Source of the DNA: Trichoplax adhaerens
Taxonomy: Eukaryota; Animalia; Placozoa
NCBI RefSeq assembly: GCF_000150275.1
Contig: NW_002060964.1
Location: 62,001-126,000 of the forward strand
DNA: 64,000 nucleotides
Reading direction: 5' to 3'
In this document: piece by piece, positions 1 to 14,142 of the stretch
How positions within the stretch are numbered: the first letter of the stretch is position 1
Layout: each line of letters begins with the position of its first letter
The notes under the pieces: generated by a model
Database searches by the model: none
What the model saw: only the letters and a program-made list of their open reading frames with translations
What the model was told of the DNA's origin: nothing
Program-made: the position numbers and the translations under genes

Positions 1-2606
1 GGCATTGCAGTTCAAGAACCCTATAAGCGACGATTCCTCTCGCACCTTATCTAAATTAATTGTTCCAGAGCAAAGCATGTTCATAATGGCAGATTTAAGC
101 AATGACGATAGGTTGCAAAGATAATTTATTATTGCCGTATACACATAACCTTTGATTTACTGAGCATAATATTTTTTATTTATAAATAAATCAGAGAGCC
201 AACTAAAGAGGACGAATACGTGCTATGTTCTGTTACGGTAATGAGTTGGTAACTCTCTTTCTTCAAATACTTGTTTCACTATTAACGTTATTATTTGCCG
301 CATATAGATTAATAGTAATGGATTAATTTCAATTAAACCGGATTTTAATACGTCAAATTCCTCATATCGTATAGTTACTAAATCAGAATATCAAGGTATT
401 GCTGATGAAACATTATGTTTAATAATACTAACCGATTGAAAAATTCTCAAGCATGTGATTGTCATTTTCCGCAGAGGTTTATGAATATCGTTTAGAACAT
501 TGTAGCAAACCAATGTCTAAAGTAGAAGAAGATAGGGAAAAGAAGGCACTTAAAGAGGTTGTTAGCTCTCCACATATTAAACCAGATATGATATTGTATT
601 CCTCATATATCAATGCCTACATTATACCAATCTCATTCGTAGCTTGAATTTTAATCTGATATATCAGATTTTAAATACTAAGACCTTGCACCTATTTAGT
701 TATATCAAAGGCACGGTGCTTACCAAGCAAGTCTAATCGGTACAGAATTTGCAACACCGGTTAGTTACAAAATATTACTTACAATGCTTTTTTCTTCTAA
801 CAATTTGTCAATTTTAAGCAAATGTTAACATTTGATCGATATTAACTAATAATTAGCCACCCTCTGGAACTTTAAGAGTAAACATCTTTGGAGAAATTAG
901 TACGTTAATCAATTTACATGCATCTAAAGAATGATATTTTTCCGCGATTATTAAATATGAATTATCACAACTTTTCTGTAGATATGGCAAAGAATTTTGA
1001 ATACAATGATATTTATATCCACTACTGTTTATATCTTACAACTGGTATGATCACTGGAGCTATTTCACGCTACATACATACAGACGGCTGCGGTTTAGCT
1101 AATTACTTACCTGCTGCTGTTGCTGTTGTTATAATTTAGAATGGAAAACAAGAGACTCGGACGTAATTGCTGGCTTTACCCAAATTTCTAAGTGCAAAGG
1201 CGATAAAGTATGATAATTGCCCAGTAACCTTAATTTTATGTAATTTTATCGGCTACTTTAATGCTAAAAATCAAGTAATTTTATACTTACAACATATGTC
1301 TATGACTTGTGGTAATTAAGGAAAAAACTGCTCATTTTGGGCATCCTTTCGAGTTTGAAATTACGTATGAGAAAGCAAATTTTAACCAAGGTATGTTCGG
1401 AATGTCTAGATGTATACATGCGCTTTCAAATGTATGTTCCATTCAATTTTTTAAGCATTCGTATTTTTTAAACACTATTAAACATCATATAGTTGGTGTA
1501 TCAGAGTGGCCACAGTTATTCATAGAAGTAGTATCTTGCGATAGTTGGCAAAGATATCGTATAGAGGGATACGGTTATACCTTAATACCGCAAGCTCCAG
1601 GTATGATTAACTGTGATAAGTTGTAGTATAATACATTTGATAGTAGTAAGCTTATAATATGTTAATACAAACGTAAATTTACGCTTTAAGCGACAAGTAG
1701 ACATGACAAACTGTGAGAAATCGTAGTACTATATGCATTATGCTGTAGTTATAAACTTAAAACTGTGTTAATATAACGATACAGGTAATTTAAGTGTTTA
1801 AAAACTAGCAAAAATCATCTTACCAATACATTATTATTATTATAACAGGTATGCATAAAATCGAGATTCAGACGTGGAGACCGGTGGCCCCCGATTTAGT
1901 TTCCGAAATGAGAAGATTTTTTATTGGTGGTGCACCTGAACTTAACGATATAACTTATGTTTCACATCCTGCAGGAAGTGATGTAATTATAGCAGCGTAT
2001 TTTAATGATATAAAATATTAGATTTAATGCTTGAAAGGTATTAAAAGACCAAAATTGTATTGTTGAACGATCTAGGGGCCATGTCTTAGCAAATATGGTT
2101 TAAAAACTGCTAGTTCGGGTAGTGTTACGGTTAAAATGAATGTACTGCAGCAATCGCAGTAAGAAAGCATGATTTTTATCTCAACAACCGTCTTGATAAC
2201 AACAAAATTGGAATTCCTACTTTTCAATAATGTATCGATCCTTATTTTAGATTCTTTGTGGATAAAACAAAGTCTCGTAAGAAGGTTGGAACGTTGCTTG
2301 ATAAACTCGGGTTAGTTTTTTCGCTAAGTTACATTGTGATTATGCATTCAATAATGCCAGTAAAATCTGATAAAAATTTACTTAAGTAAACAAAGTTAAT
2401 TCTGCTACATTTATTATTTCCTTTAGTGGCGAGGAGACGCAAGCAGCTTTGGCTAAAGTAATCGGTAATAACTATGAAAGCACTATAGTTCAGTGAAGAT
2501 AATATTTACTTTTTATTTTTAATAATATTTATGTCCATTAGATGCCTTTCAAAAAGCGCGAAATCGTTTAAAGGCAGCACGAGGAGAATTAGATGGAATC
2601 TATTAG
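1..2606 (+). CDS. MKS1: Meckel syndrome type 1 protein (B9/C2-domain ciliary transition-zone protein), multi-exon, 5' end outside window
   Basis: Spliced exons give AHFGHPFEFE..EWPQLFIEVVSCDSWQRYRIEGYGY..PG.H.IEIQTWRP..SEMRRFFIGGAPEL..SKYGLKTASSGSVTVKMN..AFQKARNRLKAAR, typical of the MKS1 B9 domain and C-terminus; stop TAG 2604-2606. Confidence 0.9.
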
Positions 2607-3622
2607 TGATAATTAAGTACGGCCAATACCTCGTGTGTATTTTATCGGCAGTTTCCAGTTTTGGAGATTAAAATTTTTGAAGTCAAGATCTTGACATCCA
2701 CTGAAGCCAAAGAAACGATAGCTGATATTGAAAATAGTAATGTACAGTTTCGTATATATATAGCTATAAATATTTACTAACTTATTTCATCTGTAAACTA
2801 GTTTGTTACTAGTGCTGCTTGGGATTACAAATTTTGAAACATTCTAATAGGCAGGTTGTAATTTCTAGAAAGAATAACAATTTTATTTGTAACGTAATAC
2901 CGTCTTTCGCTACAAATTCCTTTAACTGTAAATAAAACCTACGAACTGCAACTTATATTCATTTAGATATCATCCATTTCGCATGCAAATAAAGGCGAAG
3001 CTGATATACGTATCTCATTGGGTTTATATACAATTTATATCCATAGTAGTTAGTAAACTATTACGTAAATTTATTTTAGTATCCTTTCATTTTATTTCTT
3101 GAATGAAATTTTGACCTCAATTACAAAATTTGCTATTTAAAATATTCTCGGTTTCACTTGCAACAGAGGTGAGGCAGTGCTGATGTACACAATAGCCTCA
3201 TATTCGATTTCCGTCGTAGTTAGCAAGCTATCAGATAATTTTTTTAATATCCTTTAAAATTACTTCTAGGGTGTAATCTTACACTTACACATGTTATATT
3301 TCATCATTTTAATAGATTAATTATTAAAAGTTCTTGTATGGCGTATACAATTATTCACCGCTACAATCAAAGAAACTATAAAATTTTTCCTCTTAACTTT
3401 CAGCTAGAATAGGGGTTTGTACGGTTGCGTCATAAAGTCGTTTTTGCAACGATATTGAAGAGATCACTGATGTAGTCATTAGATATTAATTTAAGCCCTG
3501 GTTAAGGTGAATAATAAATATTCACATTATATGCTCTCGCTAATGTTCACCCCTTAACTTATCAGAGGTAAAATAGCATTGATCATATTAAAAACAATCG
3601 TAAATCTAGTATTTTAATTCAA

Positions 3623-5416
3623 TTACCATGGGATATTGCTACCGTCATAACCTAACAGTTTTCCGCTGTCACTTAAATTAAGATTTTCGATAACATTCAT
3701 CATCCCTTTTATTGACTCTTCGACAAAGAGAGGTGCTTTTGGACCACCTAGATCAGTACGAACCCAGCCTGGATGCATTGTGATAGCGATAATATTTCTT
3801 GGAGCAAATTCAATAGCCATACTTTTTGTAGCCATGTTAAGTGCAGCCTGATGTAGAATGGATATAAAAATACAACCGAATTTAGAGTTATGATTACGTG
3901 GACCTACAGGTGAAATGCTTCATGTAAAAATTGTTAGTGTAGTAAAGCCAATGAAGGTATGCTTACTTTACTACATCTGTAAGGGTATAAGACTCCAGAT
4001 TCAGCATTATTTGATTCGATAGAACCAAGGATACTAGACATATTCACAACAACTGCAGGTAGAAAGATATCACGAGTACTTGATGGGTTTGATGCAGCTC
4101 TTAGTAATCTATAAAACGCCTGGAGAATAAAGGTTATAATCTATTAGCAGATTTTAAGTTAAATACCTCACTAAATAGTTATGAATGGTCAATCGAGGTG
4201 ATTCCAATTGTATTGATGAATAACGCCGCCTACTTATACCTTAGTTAACATGATAGGTGATGAAACATTAACATCCATAACTTTCATGAAATCGCTTCTG
4301 TTCACCGTTGGAATTGGTCCGCCATTTATTGATATTCCAGCGTTATTAATAAGTAAATTTAGGCCATTACCGCCGACTTTTTTGTTAACAACCTCAACAG
4401 CAGAATGGATATCTTGATCATTTTGAACATCTATGAAATAGTGGCGTAGCCAATAATTTAAGCTAGTAATCTCTTTGGCAAGTAGTATAGGTGGATGGAT
4501 GTTTTATAACACTAATATGAAGTTATTCACTAGAATAATGGAGTTGTTTTTCATTAATGTATAGTAATTCTAATTATCAGGTCAACAATCACGCACTCAT
4601 TACTAGTCGTTACTAAGAGGTAGCTTATGGACGAATTTTGTAGAGTAATAATATATCATCAGCATAAGATCATACCTAGTTGTACAATTTGAACTTTAGA
4701 ATTTTCTTTAGCAATGGAGAGCAATTCCTACGACAGAGAAATCAATAATACATCTTATGTACAGCTTGTAACCATTGCTGGGCATTTTATACAGTAGTAT
4801 GAGACTACCCATAGTCGACCTCGGTTGAAGTGACAAGATATTTAATCTATTTCCTAATTCATGCAATGTTTACAAACAACCAAGTTAAATGACAGATTGC
4901 AGCAATCTGCTACAGAGATTATAATAATCATTAATTCCTTGCAGTTTAATGCCTCTAATTTGCTTATCGAGCCGCTATACATTCATTGCAGGTATTACAA
5001 CGGTTCCGTAAGCATATCCTCAACCATTGCTAAAAACCTGTACAGCGCCATGGTTACACAATACAGTACAACTTTATTCCTCAGGCATTCTATCCGAGCG
5101 ACAAGTTCATGTACAATATATTGCTGTACTACGAGTTTATTACTGTAATATGCAGATTTCTACTTTCTATCCACATTCGTATACTGCATTATGTCACATC
5201 TTGACATTATCATTATTAAAGAGAACAAATCAATTCTCGATACATAGTCCTAGTTTACTACTGCCATTTCAATTAACAACTCACTTGAGCATCGTTTGGC
5301 TTGCGGCAAGCAGCAAAAACATGTCGATAGTTTTCATTTTTAGCCAACTCTTTGGCAAACTGCAAGCCAAGACCTCGGTTCGATCCAGTTATAAAGACTG
5401 CTCTATTGTACGCCAT
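3623..5416 (-). CDS. Short-chain dehydrogenase/reductase, C-factor (CsgA)/sniffer-like carbonyl reductase, 5 exons
   Basis: Exon 1 MAYNRAVFITGSNRGLGLQFAKEL (TGxxxGxG); LLINNAGI; VNMSSILGSI; catalytic YRCSK; HPGWVRTDLGG..IPW* C-terminus; GT-AG introns in compatible phases. Confidence 0.92.
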
Positions 5417-5661
5417 ATCCTGCACATTCACAAATTAGAGCTGCAAGTATTAAATTCAAGTTTTAGCACGGATTACTCTTAGCCTTGATGACTTCTAGCT
5501 CATCTCATTTCAGCTCGATAGGGTAATGTTATCACGTCCCAGTCTCAAACTGGTGTCCAGTAGGCAATAAGTTTAATGTAGGCCCCCATACAGTCCATTT
5601 GCGTATGCTGGTAATCTCAACGATCCTTGATCCTGCGGCTTGCTCTTTTCACCATAGTAAC

Positions 5662-5683
5662 TGACCCTTGACCACAAGGGTCA
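5662..5683. promoter_or_regulatory. Inverted repeat of nuclear-receptor half sites, including a DR1-like element, upstream of the SDR gene
   Basis: TGACCCTTG-acca-CAAGGGTCA is a perfect 9-bp inverted repeat; TGACCCtTGACCA reads as DR1; about 250 bp 5' of the SDR ATG. Confidence 0.35.
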
Positions 5684-6848
5684 AGGAAGCCACAAAACTG
5701 TGTTACTACGTATCTTGTCTTGACAGGACTACATGTATTAGTTACTATCGCAGTCCACGACTGTATGGAGTACTATATAGTCTTTCCGGACTTGGGCATC
5801 AATTGCAGAACACTACTATACTATTCCAAAAGCACCCCATATGCTCCATGGAATGAATTAACTGGAACTACTTAACAGTCTACTGTTTCGTGATTGTTTA
5901 TAAGAGCATCGGAAATCGGGAAACAAATGCTAAGAAATTAGGCCAGATATCCGCCTGATTTATCGTACTTTAATCAGTAAATATAAAAATAATAGCAGTC
6001 TAGCACTGTACAGGATTAGGGATAAAAGACAAATGAGGATACTAAAAAGAGTCTAGAATCTATACTAGCCAGACTACATTACTGCAAGACAGTGGCTAAT
6101 AGCTGCTTTTATGCATATACCCGTTTATTGATCAAGATTTTATGGAGGAAGAAATGAAATCTTCTATTCCTTCCAACGTACAGTATGACAAGAGTAGTGT
6201 AGGACCTGCCACTAATGTACTACTCTGAATGTGATGCCTTCATAAAACAGCAAATAATAACAATTCTCACGCTCATGGACCAACAGGAATGGTGTATTAT
6301 TTACTACTACTGTAAAAGAGAAAAGATGCAATCGTATACGTAATTTAAAAAAGTGTATAGATTAGTTTAAATAATTCTTGCTGCCTACATCACGTTCTTA
6401 AGGAAGTTCATCACAGATGAAAGTAAACGAATTTCATACATTATGATACAGATCACAAAGACAGTAAAATTTTTGTAAACGAATAAAACGCAGAAGCAGT
6501 TAAAAAGTCGAGAAATTTAAGATACTCGTAACATTCTGTGTGGGAGTATACAAGACATACAATTTACAATAAAATTTTAATAACTCTTTTTCGTATTTAC
6601 AGTGAAGGATACGGTACACAAGTATTTCGCCAAATTTATAGCATGGCAAAATTATTTAAATTTACACAAAGTAGCAATAGCTTCAATTAACTTAGGATTA
6701 CGATTTACTGTAAAAGTTAATTAAAGATATGCCAATACCAACGCCAAATTTAGCGACCGGTCCAACGTTTATAGCTTTGATGTAATAAATCTTAATCTAG
6801 CGAGTTGTCAATGTAGATGTGTCTACGTAGTAAAGGGATGGTAACTTA

Positions 6849-9800
6849 CTAGCTGTCATTATCACTAGCCTTATTAGGTGAATCGACAGCTTTATTCGAG
6901 ATTACGTCTTGTGGTACGTTTGTGCTTTCAGTTATTTCACTCTTACTAGGGCACGAAGCAGTTTCGTTAAAACTAGCCGAACTTAATTCAGTTAGTTTTT
7001 GAGTTGATATAGGAAACGTTAGGGCTGAATAACGATAAGGTGAGTGAGAAGCTATATCTTCACTATTACTTAAGCCCCCTGCATTAAGCGGTATGACCGA
7101 AGTTGGCATAGTATTTGGAGGTGGGGATATTGGTTCCGTAGCTAACGGAGAATCTTCATCGGATGTGATATCTTCTATACCGTCACCAGTCAATTTTGCC
7201 GCTTTAACTACATTTCTGCTATCGCTGCTAACTATGTCCATTTGTTCTACTTCTACTGAACTGTCAGATGATTGATCCTCTTCCGGTAAATTTTTCTCCT
7301 CTACCACGTCATCCTCGTTGTCTGAATTACATTTAGCTTCTATGACGTCTTTGCTGCACGAATCTTCAGTAGCATCCTCTTGTGGATAGCTTGGCTCTAC
7401 TGATTCTTCTTCTGCAGGGTCATCAACTACACACGCATTATTCGCAGATTCGTTACAGGGACGCTCTGAATCTTCACTAGTCCGCGATTCATAATAATAT
7501 CTAGAAGTATTAGCATCAGTTCCGTCTAGACCGAGACTCATAAGTGCAGCTATCGCAACATTTTCTTTCGAGTCATTTTGGTTACATGCATTGGAATGAC
7601 TAGCGAAAGGCGCTAATTCAGATTGGACAGTCTCGGAAGCTTGACTCTCATCTCCTTTTACGGGATCGTAGTCTTCCTGCTTTGAATCAGAACTAGCTAC
7701 AGTTATGATTTCGCTTTGTTCCATAACATCGTCAGAGCTCCTTTGCACTTCATCAGTTTCCATCGTTGACATACTATTATCCACTTCAACTTCATCCATT
7801 TTAGTCTCTTTGGTATCCGATACGGAAACCTGTGACGCCAGCTGAGTCTCGCTTGGCACTTCAACGGGTTCAGTCGCTGTTGTCGGAGCATCTAAATTCT
7901 CTTCCTTACCTTGGACTAACGATTCCATCTCAGAATTGGATGCGGTAACGCTAACATCTTCTGATTCATTTTCTTGATCGGCTGCTTCTAGTTTTGATGA
8001 AATCGTAGTTGTTGGAATATCTTCAGTTTTATCCAATGGATTGGTGTCTACTTGAATATCATGCTGGTCTTCCGGGTTGCTTACGACTGGAGCGTTCAAA
8101 TTTGAATTATCTTTATTATTAGAATTAGCACTCTTTGCTTTATTTGTTACATTAGAGGTCTTATTGGATTTAGCATCACTTTGGCCACTTGTACGAGAAG
8201 ATGTACGATGAGATCGATTGCTTTGACTGCCAGATTCATTTTTTGATTGCTTAGAACTACCAGAAGAAGCGCCCTGCTGAAAATGATATTATAAAAAGCA
8301 ACTAACGTTAGAGAGGTACGAAAACGTAATTTATTTCAATAATTATAATCGCTTACGAACCTTATCCATTTTACTTTGCAACACCAACGCTTCCAAATTA
8401 TGCTTTTTCTTATAATTAAAATAGTAATTTTTACACTGGGCTTCTGTTTTTGTTATTACCATGCGAGAAATTTCAGACCACAGGCGACCATGAAGTTGTA
8501 GGCCTAAAGCGTAGCGCAGGTAAACAAAACAAGCTATAGCATATCAATTGTATTAATAAAGAATAATTGTAACCTTAGTTTGCTAACCTTGCTTTGCGAT
8601 TTCAATTTCAGCCTCGGTCCAACGTGGAGTTTCTAAATTCAAGACGTAGTAGGCAAGGAAAGATTGGATACCAAAATTAATGTTGAAGTAGTGAATGATT
8701 GAAAAGTTATTTATAAATTCAAACAGTTGCACACGAAATCTTACCGACTCCTCGGTGGTGTTGCCCATCGGTACTCTTTTTGTCAGGATTACTATAGCAG
8801 AGCATGATCGCACAACCTGTTATCCATAAAATCATCTTAATTGTGATATTACAGTACTTGTTAAATACCTTGATGAAGAGGATTCATCAATCTTCATAGT
8901 TTTGGCACTTTTCGGTAGATCTGTATCACCCCTTATTTGTATATCAGGATTCATAGGACTGTTGTCATTCATCTAAAAATTAATCGGTCAAACTATTACA
9001 CAAGCATTGTGGCAAAAAAACGCAAGCTACACAAATGTTTCGAAAGATAAGATATCCTCGAAACGCTTATGATACTGATGTTATTTAACTGCCTGTGCTA
9101 TCTGGCTAAAATAATATTAATATGACGCATTGAATTACATCTTTCAATTCTCTCTAAGTGAACTCAATAGATAGATTCTTATTCGCACTAATACTTACTG
9201 TTACTCTTCTTTTTCGTTTTCCAGTTCTATAATATTGCTTATAATTTACTTTTTTCTTTGTCATATAGTAAAAGTGAACACAGTCTTGGACTGACTATAG
9301 TTCAAATGGAGATATGATTGCAGTTATGAACCGATTTTTGATTCAATCATACGAAACATATAAATGGGCATTTGGAATCAAACGATAAGTTATTAAATAC
9401 AATTATACCTTGTTATAAAAAAATGAAGCGATGGTGAAAAAATCCTTTGGATATAAAGCAAATCTATGAAAATGTTGTAAAAATTAAACACTCAGTTCGA
9501 ATAATGCTTTAAACTAAACTTCAAAATACTGTAAGCTTACTTCTCAACGAAGAGTTTCTTTTCTTCTTCAGTCCATATACTTTGAATTTTTCGTTGTAAC
9601 TCAAAGGCTTTGATGTCAGTAATAAGGCCTTTTTCAAGGGTAAAGTAAATATATTATTTTCTTTAATCAAAGGATAACTTACTTTTTTGTTAAGCACTAA
9701 TGCATTACTAACCATTATTATTTACGAATTTAACCATTTTATCATCGTCATCTATCATCTGTGGAGGGTAAATGGCTAGATCTTTGACCTCATCGTGCTT

Positions 9801-12800
9801 TCGCTGTAACAAAAAAATGTATATTTATTACAACAGCAGTACAATGAAATCTGATGAACTCATTTCAACCAGCACCTCACAATATTCTGATGCTGTATCA
9901 CCCCCATATTCCGGTTCGCCTCTGGCTGTATCCGAACGAGTGGCTGCGCCATAACTTCTGGTTCCAGCTCTGATAAGAAATTATTTAATTTATGCAAATG
10001 TTTAGACTAATCCTATAAACCTAAGGGTTATAATTTAATAATTATTATATAGATGAACCTTGCAATTCTTTCTTGATACTCTCGATTTTTTTTAATATCT
10101 GGAAAAAATCGTTCATACAATTCCCTAGCTTTCGCCTCTCTATTCCTATGGTAACATGTTAATAAATCAGCGGTGTTGAGAATTTAGAGCATAGTCACAA
10201 ACGCAACCTACTTCCGCTTTGGGTTATTTTCTGTTCGGCTAAGTTTTTTATCCCATAACGATTTCATTTTCTCAAAGTCCTTCCTTAACTGGATCATCTA
10301 TGTAGACATCATATTTCTTGAGTTTACTTATCTCAAATAATACAAAGGTATCGCGCATAGGCATCACGTATTATAAAATTATCCTATTAGTGTTTTACCC
10401 TATCAAATTTGGTAGCTCTCCTTTCACTAATAAACCTCACCAGTTTAAAGTAGGTTTCTTCACGAAATCTTTAAAACGAAATTAAAAATGTGTAATTAAT
10501 TTGTATATTTATTTATCGTTGTGCATTAATTTGCAAAGCACCTTTCTAGATTTTCATGAAAAATAGGCAAGTCCGAAGGTTCTCGATATAATGGTTCTGT
10601 CTTTGTGTACGTGTTATAATCTTTCAAGTCGTTATACGATTTTTGCGCTTTCGTCTACAAGAATTTCCGAATAATAGATGACAATCTGTTATGACATACA
10701 GACTGAAATTTTAATTCGCATTGCAAAGCATTTAAAAGGCTATGTATGAACAATTTACCCTATTATCAGAGTAGATAAGCTCAATAAGACTATTAGGCTT
10801 TTTTTCCTTTATTTTCTCAACCTTTTGTACGCTTTCAACAGTTACACTAGATTCAGCTTCTAATCTTTCCTACATTGGAAACGTATTAACGGATAGATAT
10901 TAGAACAAGTTTAATTTAAACGATGAACTTTCAAGTCATATCTAAACCAATTACTCAACAGGATAAATTAATACGATTTGAAATGTAAAACAGCATGGCT
11001 GACTTTCATTTTACGCAATATTTTACGTAGTAATGTAATGTATTATAAGTATTACTTAAATTCTTCTATATCTACTGAGATGAAAGTATACTCTTACAAG
11101 TATGCACGTATAATTTTCTTAAAGCTATCAGTTTCGAGTTTAATAGATCCTTTATGTAATACCTGTTTTTTCAGAAGATCTCCTATTTCTTGCTCAATCT
11201 TAGTTATTTCCATATCAATACTATCTAGTGATTGCAATAAATCTTCCTTCATAGTTGAAGTTGGTCGCTGTTGGCTTTCTTGAACATCGGCTTTAACTTC
11301 ATCTTTGTTTTCATCGTCAGAATCTGTTAAAGCAGATATACATCGCAGTATTAGTCGTCATCATAGCTCATCGGTTCTTTTCGTAGCGTTTTTATAGCGA
11401 TTTTATATGATAAAAATTTTTCAAAATTAAACACAGAACTTTACCTGATGATGAAGACGGAGAAATCGCTTCGAACTCAGTATCTAAAGGGCGTTCATTC
11501 TAAATTTACAAATTACACACTTAAATATAAGCAACTTACAGCGTTTGATCATAAAGTTTTAGTTTATGTTGTAACATTTTATCATTGAAAGTTACCTCTG
11601 ATTTTATTTTTACTGTAGGAGTAGGCAATTGATCATGTGGGATTGCGGATGATGTATGATGAAGATTGAAACGTTTGGCAGGAGATGGAAACTTTGATGT
11701 TCTCGGAGAATGACTTTTGTTGGAATGATGATAGGTGGAAGACCTGCATTGTAGATTAAGATAATTATAATATATATGGTAATGATGATACATGTTAGGA
11801 GTATCTTAAAAGAAATTAAGGGATTAAATTAATATCTACAATGATTTGCAAGATAGATCGAATTATCCACCGCTTTAATGCAAAGGACAGATCAGGTGGT
11901 CATTAGAGCAGAATGTCTACCGCTAGTTCAACACACTAAGTTCGAAATATATGCTGTACTACCAGTTACATAGGCTCTCTTTGATTTACCTTTCTTTTCC
12001 GCTATTGTGACTATGAAACTCAGATAACAGGGACAATCTCTTAACTGTCTTGCCATTGTAAATTCGATCACTGGTATATAATGATAATAATGCAGCGAAT
12101 AAAGAAGTTAATAAAAAAATAATTTAAACATGATATAATAACGGTAAAACAAATCGCTCCCGAGTATACATGACTATGATAATGTTTCACATCTGTTGTA
12201 CTTCTACGAATAACTATGTTTTACTTTAAATTGTAGCTGATACTTGAGATAGGTGTATTGCCTAAGCAAGTTACCTCATAAGAAAAGTAAATAAGTAGGG
12301 TAACATTTTATTTGACGACATACTTGTAGTTAGAAGAGTCATGGCTGTCTCTGTTATTTTCCTTGGAGTACTGCCACTTAGGCGGTATACTGTTTCCTTC
12401 GCTTACCTAAAGATTGCATTTATTTAATACTGTAGGCTGAAGTATAATTTCATCATGAAAATGGTTAAGCATATATTATATCCATTGATCGCTAAATACA
12501 AGTCAAACAACACTACAGTACTAGACATATGAGTCTTGCATGCACGATTAAAGGACAGAAATAATCTCTGGACAATGGCATCAATACGAGCTAATAGCTT
12601 ACGAAACTCAGGCTAATACATCTATATCCCTACATAACACGGTCTATGAGTACAACAAGTAGCAATGACAGCATGGTAGTGGATGGTAAGTTGTGCAGGT
12701 AATTGATATTTTTTGTAGGTAGGTCAGGTATTCTGAAACCTTACAAGATATAATTTTAGATGACATTGTCACTATAATCACTCCAGTACGTCCAAAATAT

Positions 12801-13335
12801 GGTATTAACGCCATCTTTAATTGCCTATGTTAGCTATTACGTTGCATCCAAAGGCTAGTACCTTTGCAAGAATAAGTTGTAACTGAAGACTATGTAAAAT
12901 ATCCTTTAACGATCGCTATGAAACATAACAAAACGGTCGTTACCTTCCAACATCGAGCGCAATCATTGACGATAAAAGCACTCATGCTAAATAGATTAAT
13001 CGCCATTTTTAAACCCTTGAAACTATGACTAACCTGTTTAATGTCTGAACTTTGTTCATCCATGCTGCCTATAGGCGTTTCATTTTGAAATTTTGGATTC
13101 ATATCGCATGAACTCGGTGGTTCACTATTACTGATCCACGGATGACAAGTGTATTTCATGAAGCAAAAATAATATTGCAAGCATATTGATTTTAAAATAG
13201 ATAATTGACTTTCAATCTAACAAGAGCATTATCAATACTCTTTCTTTGAATTTAAATGATAATAAACAGCATTTAAGACTTTCCATCTTGTCAAGAAGGA
13301 TCAGTAGCTTACCTTTTGATCAGGTTTTCAGCCAT
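6849..13335 (-). CDS. NCOR: Nuclear receptor corepressor (NCoR/SMRT)-like protein: GPS2-interacting coiled coil, two SANT domains, long acidic low-complexity C-terminal exon
   Basis: Exons encode [59 protein letters not shown]1 ([35 protein letters not shown]) and SANT2 ([49 protein letters not shown]); last exon includes ORF 6849-8099. The start at 13335 (aaaATGGCT..AG/gtaag) is tentative. Confidence 0.85.
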
Positions 13336-13606
13336 TTTAATCCGATACGACAATCATCATTTGCAGAATTATTACAGTTACTAGGAGATTGACAGGTGTA
13401 CTACTGTAATGAAGGTACAAGACCGGACAGACGGCAGCCGCCTTGAGCAAGGAGTGCATAATGTTCATCATTTAGTGTCCAGTACACTTGTTACCGTAAT
13501 ACAGTTTACTATGACATCGCGCGCAATGTTGTTGTTGTTACCATCACATCCTGACCGTGTTACCCTTGAACTGTATGCCGGCGATGCCGCTATGGCCTAG
13601 ACTTGA

Positions 13607-13631
13607 GTTCGGTTCGGTTCGGTTCGAACCG
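13607..13631 (+). repeat. (GGTTC)n micro-repeat ending in the palindrome CGGTTCGAACCG
   Basis: gttc ggttc ggttc ggttc gaaccg read directly. Confidence 0.7.
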
Positions 13632-14142
13632 TTACGCTCTAGATCTTTTTGAGCATGGCCACGGGTGTAAATGGGCACGATTATTGCGCCAGTCTGAGAC
13701 AGTGTCCAATGCTGACTGCGCATGTCAAAGAGCTATCCGGTACGGTACATGGTACAGTACTAAAACATCCTGTATCTTTGTTCTCAACAGTACTGCTGTA
13801 CTGTACACTGTATGCCAGTGGCCTGCATTTGAAGAAATATTTTTGTACGTTTCAAAATTTCTAGTGTACAGCAGGTAGAGAAGTGAACTTTTCGTATGTG
13901 TAGATAGATGTGAGATATTCACTTCACGGACACATTCACTCAACTTTGCTCCAACTATCGATGGAAGAATTTTCAAGGCACATAGCAATACTTTGCTATT
14001 TAAAAATGGAAGGTGCTGTAGTGCTGTACTGTATCGAGATATCGTGATAGCGTTGCATGGTACCAAAAATGCAGTGGAAAGAATGCCGTGATAGTAGTAG
14101 TGTTATATACTGTACAGTTCTATTGTTGATTGGATAGTAGAG

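Noticed and set aside
4861-5482. Plus-strand ORFs of 95 and 151 aa
   Set aside because: They are antisense to SDR exon 1 and intron 1 and have no recognisable protein features
13586-13640. tRNA gene suggested by GGTTCGAACC
   Set aside because: Too short, no anticodon arm, and the acceptor stem does not pair
13409-14066. Several overlapping ORFs on both strands
   Set aside because: They lie in promoter DNA; the Tyr/Ser/Thr/Val/Leu-rich translations come from TACTG repeats
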